DNA of 64,000 nt from an uncultured Oscillospiraceae bacterium (GTDB lineage: Bacteria > Bacillota > Clostridia > Oscillospirales > Ruminococcaceae): the NCBI GenBank assembly GCA_964369965.1, contig CAYJGF010000006.1:2321-66320 (forward strand), given 5' to 3'. The position numbers and the translations under genes were made by a program. The stretch's first letter is position 1. The number at the start of each line of letters is the position of its first letter. Below the pieces are notes generated by a model. The model had not been told where the DNA came from. It searched no databases and saw only the letters and a list, made by a program, of their open reading frames with translations. Below are positions 58,008 through 64,000 of the stretch, piece after piece.

Positions 58008-59728
58008 CCGTTTGCCACCCCCATTGTCTCAAGATTTTGTTGTGTGGTCCAAAGTTCGCTGTACCGACCCCCGTTCAAGAGCAGTTCGTCGTGTGTGCCA
58101 CTCTGTGCTATACCACCGTCACAAAGCATATATATCTTGTCGGAGGTTATTGCATTCAACAGACGATGTGATATAAGTATAACGGTTTTTGTGCGCGTCA
58201 AACCTTTTATCACCTCCATTATTTCATTTTCGCTGTCGGCGTCTATGTTGCTTGTCGCCTCGTCAAAAATGTATAGCTCGCTGTCATGAAGTAAAGCCCT
58301 TGCAAGTGCTAAACGTTGACACTGCCCACCCGAGAAGTTACTGCCTTTTTCAAGCAGAGCGGTGTCAAGACCGCTTTGGTTAAGTAAAAACTCTTTTAAA
58401 TTAACCTTTGACAGCACCTGCCACATCTCCTCCTCGGTGGCATCGTTCTTTGCGATGAGAAGATTTTCCGCCACCGTGCCCTTGAATATATAGGAGTTTG
58501 CCGACACAAGGGTTATATGCCTTGCCAAACTGCTCCTTGATAGCTGCGAGAGTTCCACTCCCCCGATTGTGACACTGCCACCGTAGCCCTCGTTGTTTTG
58601 CGTTAAAATGCCGGCTATGGTTGATTTACCGGAGCCGCTCACCCCCACTATTGAGACAAAGCTGTTTTTAGGTATATCCATATTAATGTCGGTCAAGATT
58701 GTTTTTTGATCATATGCAAAATCAAGACCGTTTATCTTTATATCCACCCCGTTGACCTCTTTTGTTTTAAGAGGGCTATCCTCTATATCGAGCAGGGTGA
58801 ATATTTTTTTACTTGCGGCGATACCGTTCATTGCAATGTGAAAAAAACTGCCTAAAATTCTAAGTGGCAGGAAAAAATCGGCACTTAGCAGGATTACCGT
58901 GAACATCCCCACGAGCGATAGATTGCCGCCGTTAAATTCAAGCAACGCAAAAATTATGCCGAGTGCGGCGCCGCCATATGCAACAATATCCATAATGATT
59001 ATGGAGTTTAACTGCATGGACAACACCTTCATGGTAACTACCCTAAAGCGTTCCGCTTGACGATTCATCTGAGCGTGTTTATATTCGTCACTGCTATAAA
59101 TTTTCAGCGTGTTAAGCCCCTGCAGGTTCTCCAGAAAGTTATCACCCAGCCCCAGATACTCCCCCCAATATTTTGCGAGCAGTTTTTTTGCAAACTTTTG
59201 GACAAGCACTATAGAAATAGGGATCAAGGGGACGCAGACAAACAGTATTAACGCTACCTTAAAATTAAAAAAAGACACCACCGCAAACAGGATAAGCGGT
59301 GATATCATGGAATAGAAAAACTGTGGCAGAAAATTGCCAAAGTATGTTTCAAGCTGTTCGACGCCCTCTACCGACATCTGCAAAAGCTCGCCGGTGGGGA
59401 TTTTTTTGTTGTATCTGCCACCGAGACTTATGACCTTGTCGTAGATTTTTTCGCGCAAGATAACCTTAACCGATCTTGAGGCAAGATAGCTTTGAGTGCT
59501 CGCTAAATATATTGTAACAACCTTGATTGCAATGCAAAAAGCAACAATTACGGCGTATCGAAAAAACCCGTTTGTAATTATGGTTTTATTGATTAAGGCG
59601 TCGATAAACACACTGATGGTTATCATCAAAACTATATTTGATAAAAGCCCCGTCAACTGCAAAGCAACATTTTTTGCAATGTGTGCGGCTGCATCCGGCA
59701 CCATCTTTATCAATCTTTTGTTAATCAT
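58004..59728 (-). CDS. cydD: ABC exporter, fused permease-ATPase, CydD-like
   Basis: Six TM helices plus an NBD (GVSGSGKST, FSGGQCQR, LYIFDEATS). No N-terminal C39 peptidase domain. Confidence 0.6.
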   Translation of the reverse strand: MINKRLIKMVPDAAAHIAKNVALQLTGLLSNIVLMITISVFIDALINKTIITNGFFRYAVIVAFCIAIKVVTIYLASTQSYLASRSVKVILREKIYDKVISLGGRYNKKIPTGELLQMSVEGVEQLETYFGNFLPQFFYSMISPLILFAVVSFFNFKVALILFVCVPLIPISIVLVQKFAKKLLAKYWGEYLGLGDNFLENLQGLNTLKIYSSDEYKHAQMNRQAERFRVVTMKVLSMQLNSIIIMDIVAYGGAALGIIFALLEFNGGNLSLVGMFTVILLSADFFLPLRILGSFFHIAMNGIAASKKIFTLLDIEDSPLKTKEVNGVDIKINGLDFAYDQKTILTDINMDIPKNSFVSIVGVSGSGKSTIAGILTQNNEGYGGSVTIGGVELSQLSRSSLARHITLVSANSYIFKGTVAENLLIAKNDATEEEMWQVLSKVNLKEFLLNQSGLDTALLEKGSNFSGGQCQRLALARALLHDSELYIFDEATSNIDADSENEIMEVIKGLTRTKTVILISHRLLNAITSDKIYMLCDGGIAQSGTHDELLLNGGRYSELWTTQQNLETMGVANG

Positions 59729-59796
59729 TAAAAACCCGTTTAATATTATAAGAAATTAGTCGGAACTAACACGCTCTAATTTTAATATAAAACCGA

Positions 59797-60681
59797 TTAA
59801 ATGTCAAGTGTGCCCTCAACCTTGGTCGAGGATAGTGTTATTTTCGGCTTCTTGTAGCTAAAACACAGTGCATTTGTGGGGCAGACTTTAGTGCATTCAA
59901 GGCATCTTATGCATTCACCGTCGTCCGGTTTTTCGGCGGGGTTCACCTGCATTTTGCAGGTTTTTTCACATTTTTTGCAGGACACACACCGCTCTTTATC
60001 GACATGCAATCGCAAAAACGACACCTTGTTGAACAGTGCATATATAGCACCGAGTGGGCAGACGTATTTACAAAAAGGTCGATAAATAATTATGCTTGCG
60101 GTGATAGTCACCGCTAAAATAATGTTTTTATGTATGTACAGATAGCCAAGACCGCCGCGAAGCCCCTCGTTTAAAAGCACGAGCGGTATTCCGGCCTCAA
60201 GAGTGCCGGCAGGGCAGATATATTTGCAAAATGCTGGGGAGCCGAGGCCGGAAAAATCAACCCAAAACATGGGCAACAGTACAACAAAAACAAGCAGTAT
60301 GACATATTTCAGATACCGCAGTGCTCGGTCGTATTTAAAAGTGTCTATCTTAACAAAGAATTTAATCTTGTGAAGCAACTGTTGAATAAGCCCGAACGGA
60401 CACAAAAATCCGCAGACAAACCTTGCGAAGAACGCACCGAACGCTATGAGAAAGCCGAGCACATAAAACGGTATGTTAAATCCGCGTGAACCTATTGCCG
60501 CCTGCAACGAGCCAATCGGGCAACTGCCTAAAGCACCGGGGCAGGAATAGCAGTTAAGCCCCGGTGCGCAGACGGATTTGAGACTGCCGGTATAGATTCT
60601 ACCGGTCACAAAACCGTATAAATATCCGTTGGAGAGGGCGGCCCACAACACCTGAATAGCGAGTCTAAACCTTGCAAGCAT
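59797..60681 (-). CDS. Polytopic 4Fe-4S (NapH/MauN-like polyferredoxin) membrane protein
   Basis: TM helices with CxxCP motifs (CYSCPGALGSCP, CKYICPAG, CKYVCPLG) and a C-terminal CVSCKKCEKTC...CIRCLECTKVCP. The ATG at 60681 overlaps the upstream small ORF's stop (ATGA). Confidence 0.75.
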   Translation of the reverse strand: MLARFRLAIQVLWAALSNGYLYGFVTGRIYTGSLKSVCAPGLNCYSCPGALGSCPIGSLQAAIGSRGFNIPFYVLGFLIAFGAFFARFVCGFLCPFGLIQQLLHKIKFFVKIDTFKYDRALRYLKYVILLVFVVLLPMFWVDFSGLGSPAFCKYICPAGTLEAGIPLVLLNEGLRGGLGYLYIHKNIILAVTITASIIIYRPFCKYVCPLGAIYALFNKVSFLRLHVDKERCVSCKKCEKTCKMQVNPAEKPDDGECIRCLECTKVCPTNALCFSYKKPKITLSSTKVEGTLDI

Positions 60682-60827
60682 CACCCGATCCCCACACATT
60701 CAAGACATATGTTGACGGACTTGATAAGCAGATTGCCGACCTGCCCGTCCAGCACACCGATAAGCAACATCACAAGCCCTATAAGGACAAGCAACAGCGA
60801 CATCACCGTCCTTTTTTTATCAGTCAT
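60681..60827 (-). CDS. 48-aa membrane peptide with a C-terminal CXXC (CD1871A-like)
   Basis: Hand translation gives MTDKKRTVMSLLLVLIGLVMLLIGVLDGQVGNLLIKSVNICLECVGIG*. RBS AGAGGGTG. It lies below the ORF-track cutoff. Confidence 0.6.
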   Translation of the reverse strand: MTDKKRTVMSLLLVLIGLVMLLIGVLDGQVGNLLIKSVNICLECVGIG

Positions 60828-60841
60828 AGATAATACACCCT

Positions 60842-61576
60842 CTAAAGAGTCATGTCAAGGTTTTCGAGTTCGTACTCGATTACCTCTCGCCAGCTCGCCT
60901 TATCCCTCGCACCGGTGTATATATCGCCTACAATATTGCCGTTTGAGTCCACAAACACGGTGGTGGGGTACGCCTGTACGCTATATAAAATAGTGTCATA
61001 AAGAACCGTGTCGGGGAATACGGTCGGGAACTGCACACCGGAATCTCTCAATATCTGATCACCTGCGGCGAGCGCCTGATCATCGACACCGCTCGAAACA
61101 ATCACGTCGGTTAATATGCCGACTATACCGACATCAAACTCCTCCATTTCATGCGCAAGCTCGGCAAGCTCCGGCATTTCGGCTACACAAGGTGGGCACC
61201 ATGTCGCCCAGACGTTCACAAGGGTCAACTTGTTTTCCGTGAAAATGTCGGCGGTGATAGCCTCCCCTTCAAAGTTCACGGTATCAAGACCGAACATATC
61301 CGCGCCCTCGGCAACGGTGCCGGGGACAAACCCCGATGTCTCCTCCACCTGCTCGGTGTTTTCCTGCTCGACAGGCATTTCCGGCGTATCGGTCTCGACC
61401 GGCTCGGCGGTGTCGACATTTTCCTCTTCCGACTGCATGTCATCAATTATCGCCTGCGCTGTCGCGGCGGCAGCATTGAAGTCGTCGTCAAATGTCCCGA
61501 CAGTTTCCTCACCGCAACCGAACAACAGCAACGATATGCTAAGTAAAATAATTATTCTTTTCATGTCCACACTCAC
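60842..61576 (-). CDS. TlpA/ResA-like thioredoxin-fold lipoprotein
   Basis: Lipobox LLLFGC, an acidic linker, and a thioredoxin motif WATWCPPC. Confidence 0.85.
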   Translation of the reverse strand: MSVDMKRIIILLSISLLLFGCGEETVGTFDDDFNAAAATAQAIIDDMQSEEENVDTAEPVETDTPEMPVEQENTEQVEETSGFVPGTVAEGADMFGLDTVNFEGEAITADIFTENKLTLVNVWATWCPPCVAEMPELAELAHEMEEFDVGIVGILTDVIVSSGVDDQALAAGDQILRDSGVQFPTVFPDTVLYDTILYSVQAYPTTVFVDSNGNIVGDIYTGARDKASWREVIEYELENLDMTL

Positions 61577-61686
61577 CTTTCTATATATAATATATTCATA
61601 TTATATAACTTTTTTAATAATAATACAATATTTATCTCAAATGTTACACATTATTGTCGATGAATTTCACACCGCATACACAGTCT

Positions 61687-61715
61687 AAACCGCCGTTGAT
61701 AAATAACGGCGGTTT
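61687..61715 (-). terminator. Candidate intrinsic terminator after the 61729..62880 oxidoreductase gene
   Basis: AAACCGCCGTT-gataaat-AACGGCGGTTT hairpin, 14 nt beyond the stop. A/T runs lie on both sides, so it may act in both directions. Confidence 0.6.
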
Positions 61716-61728
61716 ATAAAAAATCTTT

Positions 61729-62880
61729 TTAAACGTCTACCCAGACACTGCCAAGCTCGTCCGATTTGACGACGCTGTGGATGAATTTGACGCTGTCGAT
61801 GCCTTCCTCAATGGTCGGGAAGTCGAGGTCCTCTTTTGTCAGCTCCTCGCCGTTTATTTTTTTGAGAAGTGCGGTGGTGTAGGTTTTATACAGGTTGGCA
61901 AACGCCACAAAAAGCCCCTCGGGATGACCGGACGGTATGCGATTGAGCTCACTCGCACGACCGGTGAGATATCCCATACCGCGGTTGTATATCTGAACAG
62001 GGCAACCTTTTTTGGTGACATAAAGTCGATTCGGATCCTCCTGAACCCACTCTATGGCGCCCTCGGTACCAAAAATCCTTATGACCAGTCCGTTGGAATG
62101 ACCGACACAGACCTGCGAAAAACAAAATACACCGTGTGCGCCGTTTTCATACTCCAGCAGCATATTGGCGTTCATCTCGAGCGGTTGTTCAAAATGGTCA
62201 AGCACGGCGCAGACCTTTTTGAGTTTTAAACCGGTGAGATATCCCACCATGTGCTCGACATGTGTGCCGAGATCGCCGACACAGTTGGAAATACCGGCAA
62301 TCTCGGGGTTCTTGCGCCACATGGAGAGTTTTTTGGTGGTGAGGTCGCCCTGACCCACGTCGTCGATAAGCCATTCCTGTAAAAATTCGGCATTGACGTT
62401 GATGACGTTGCCTATCTCACCGTCGTCGATTAGTTTTTTTGCCTGTTTAATCATACAGTTGCCGGTGTAGGAGTAGGTCACCGCAAAGAAAACATTTTTC
62501 TCTTTAGCAAGTTTTGCCAGCTCCTCACCCTGCTCTACCGTGTGACAGAGCGGTTTTTCACAAACTACATTAATACCCTCTTGCAAAAACTCCTTCGCGA
62601 TATTATAATGGGTTTTGTTAGGAGTCGTTATAACAACAAAGTCAATCCTATCGTCGCGCTTTGCCTCACCTTTCGCCATGTCGGAATAGGAGGAATAGAC
62701 TCTGTCTTTATCTAAACCAAGGCTTTTTCCGGTCTCGTTATTAAGCTCCTCACTTGTGCTAAAGCACCCTGCGCGCAGGACTGCCTTTGCGTCGAAATCT
62801 ATGGCGGTTCGGTGCACACCTCCTATAAATGCATTAAGACTGCCGCCAACCATGCCGTAATTCAAATAATCTCTTTTCAT
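61729..62880 (-). CDS. Gfo/Idh/MocA family oxidoreductase
   Basis: N-terminal Rossmann fold (YGMVGGSLNAFIG), the VVCEKPL motif, and a C-terminal alpha/beta domain. 383 aa. Confidence 0.8.
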   Translation of the reverse strand: MKRDYLNYGMVGGSLNAFIGGVHRTAIDFDAKAVLRAGCFSTSEELNNETGKSLGLDKDRVYSSYSDMAKGEAKRDDRIDFVVITTPNKTHYNIAKEFLQEGINVVCEKPLCHTVEQGEELAKLAKEKNVFFAVTYSYTGNCMIKQAKKLIDDGEIGNVINVNAEFLQEWLIDDVGQGDLTTKKLSMWRKNPEIAGISNCVGDLGTHVEHMVGYLTGLKLKKVCAVLDHFEQPLEMNANMLLEYENGAHGVFCFSQVCVGHSNGLVIRIFGTEGAIEWVQEDPNRLYVTKKGCPVQIYNRGMGYLTGRASELNRIPSGHPEGLFVAFANLYKTYTTALLKKINGEELTKEDLDFPTIEEGIDSVKFIHSVVKSDELGSVWVDV

Positions 62881-63139
62881 TTTAAGTATAGTCCTTTCTT
62901 TTTCAGATTATTGCTCCCCTTTTAAGCGATAATAATTATTACTTCATGTAGTATTCTATAACATAACAACAAAAAAATCAATCTTTTTTGAAAAAAAATA
63001 TTCCAAAACCCGTTTTCCCCTTGTAATGCTTGTTGTTGTAGTAATATTTTTGCCATAATAAAAAAATTTACAAAAAATATTAGCCATCCGCAAATTACTG
63101 CCGTATAAATAGTTAAACAACAAAAACAAGGAGATCGAC

Positions 63140-63382
63140 ATGAGCGACAAAATGTTAGAAAAGAATGCCGACATGGTGGAACAAAACGAGATGGGTGACG
63201 AAAACCTCACCGACGTTGCAGGCGGTAGCGTCAGTTTTTTGGGTAAAGAGGGCGGCTACACACACTCCTGTTTGGACTGCCAATTCCCTTTTAAAAATGT
63301 GTCTGAAGGCATGAATAACTGTCCAAGGTGCGGTGGCATGCTTAGACCGTTAAAACCATACATTCCAAACACTAATTTTTAA
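63140..63382 (+). CDS. Double-glycine-leader peptide precursor, Cys4 core (paralog 1)
   Basis: RBS AAGGAGA. Leader MSDKMLEKNADMVEQNEMGDENLTDVAGG. The 51-aa core contains CLDC...CPRCGG. Confidence 0.7.
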   Translation: MSDKMLEKNADMVEQNEMGDENLTDVAGGSVSFLGKEGGYTHSCLDCQFPFKNVSEGMNNCPRCGGMLRPLKPYIPNTNF

Positions 63383-63403
63383 ACTGATAAGGAGTACATG
63401 ACA

Positions 63404-63622
63404 ATGAATAACGAAAAAATAACCCCCATCGCCGAGACAGGCGAAGTTGCCGACGAGAATCTCACCGACGTTGCAGGCGGCAATGCGGGCAGACGCCCCA
63501 CAAGTTATAACTACGTTTGCACGAGTTGCCAAACCCCTTTAACGTACAAAGTTTCAAACGTAGAAACTTGCTGGAAGTGTGGCGGGAGGCTTATGCTACA
63601 ACCCGATCGATATGGTCGCTAA
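63404..63622 (+). CDS. Double-glycine-leader peptide precursor, Cys4 core (paralog 2)
   Basis: RBS AAGGAG lies 9 nt before the ATG at 63404 (only 3 nt before the ORF-track ATG at 63398). Leader ...GEVADENLTDVAGG. The 46-aa core contains CTSC...CWKCGG. Confidence 0.7.
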   Translation: MNNEKITPIAETGEVADENLTDVAGGNAGRRPTSYNYVCTSCQTPLTYKVSNVETCWKCGGRLMLQPDRYGR

Positions 63623-63649
63623 CCGTGATAATTAAAGGAGAACAATCTG

Positions 63650-63859
63650 ATGGATAACAATAAATCGAACCCCGGTGCAGAGCAGAGCGAGCTCAAAGAC
63701 GAAAATCTTTCTGACGTTTCGGGGGGATTTTACAGCCGACCGCCGACCACTGTAAGATGCTCTAAATGCAAAACCCACACCACCCTCTACGGCTATGGCG
63801 AGAGATGCCCGATAAAGGGATGTTCCGGCGTACTTGAACGTGTCGCCCAGTACTTGTAA
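63650..63859 (+). CDS. Double-glycine-leader peptide precursor, Cys4 core (paralog 3)
   Basis: RBS AAAGGAG. Leader ...SELKDENLSDVSGG. The 43-aa core contains CSKC...CPIKGC. Confidence 0.7.
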   Translation: MDNNKSNPGAEQSELKDENLSDVSGGFYSRPPTTVRCSKCKTHTTLYGYGERCPIKGCSGVLERVAQYL

Positions 63860-63880
63860 CTACATAAAAAGGAGGAAAAT

Positions 63881-64000
63881 ATGACCTTTGCAGATGATGA
63901 ACAAAACACCACCACCATGCAGGACGATAGAGCGCAAAACCTTTTTAAAATCATGTCGGAATACGGCGTTGATGTATCGCTCGAAGATGTGCAGGAACTG
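63881..64000 (+). CDS. Fourth co-oriented ORF of the peptide cluster (5' part only, runs off the window)
   Basis: RBS AAAGGAGGA followed by ATG. MTFADDEQNTTTMQDDRAQNLFKIMSEYGVDVSLEDVQEL... Identity unknown. Confidence 0.4.
   Translation, partial: MTFADDEQNTTTMQDDRAQNLFKIMSEYGVDVSLEDVQEL

Noticed and set aside
56355-59728. Possibility that the CydDC-like ABC pair is the export and processing system for the GG-leader peptides
   Set aside because: Neither protein has an N-terminal C39 peptidase domain; both begin directly with the TM region. They are on the opposite strand in a separate operon, so the link is not supported by the sequence.
61116-61688. 190-aa and 131-aa plus-strand ORFs
   Set aside because: They are antisense to the TlpA-like lipoprotein gene.
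62956-63532. Minus-strand ORFs of 84 aa (62956..63210) and 60 aa (63350..63532)
   Set aside because: The first lies in AT-rich upstream DNA and overlaps precursor gene 1. The second is antisense to precursor gene 2. Neither has an RBS.

Overview
This is a chromosomal window from a spore-forming Firmicute, probably class Clostridia. That placement rests on spoIIR, addBA, the rsmB-rlmN-stp-prkC-rsgA operon and ECF/ABC architecture. Most of the window is housekeeping. It holds four aminoacyl-tRNA ligases (trpS, gltX, metG), a contiguous arginine operon argG-H-C-J-B-D-F, typA, glyA, rarA, nth, hemZ and ispE. Four parts are not ordinary. (1) 8005..19449 is an 11.4-kb phage-derived cassette. It carries an XRE/ImmA switch, a small TerS-like protein, TerL, portal, scaffold, capsid, two large structural proteins, an M23 endolysin and a holin. 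It has no integrase, excision or replication genes, and no tube, sheath or tape-measure genes. It is wedged tightly between housekeeping genes and has been invaded by a host intergenic repeat, so it looks like a GTA-like or domesticated short-tailed particle locus. (2) 63140..64000 holds at least three tandem paralogous small genes with a conserved D-E-N-L-(T/S)-D-V-(A/S)-G-G double-glycine leader and Cys4 (CxxC...CxxC) cores. This is a RiPP/bacteriocin-like precursor array, and its maturation genes must lie beyond the window edge. (3) A structured intergenic repeat family has at least five copies, including one inside the arg operon and two inside the phage-like operon. (4) 55961..61576 is a thiol-redox envelope cluster: TlpA-like lipoprotein, a 48-aa CXXC peptide, a polyferredoxin membrane protein and a CydDC-like exporter pair. 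There is also a decayed locus at 2111..3094, where a frameshifted aldo/keto reductase is fused to a 3' remnant of the neighbouring surface-protein gene. I found no rRNA, tRNA or CRISPR array. All functional calls come from reading the translated ORFs for motifs and gene order; no database search was run.
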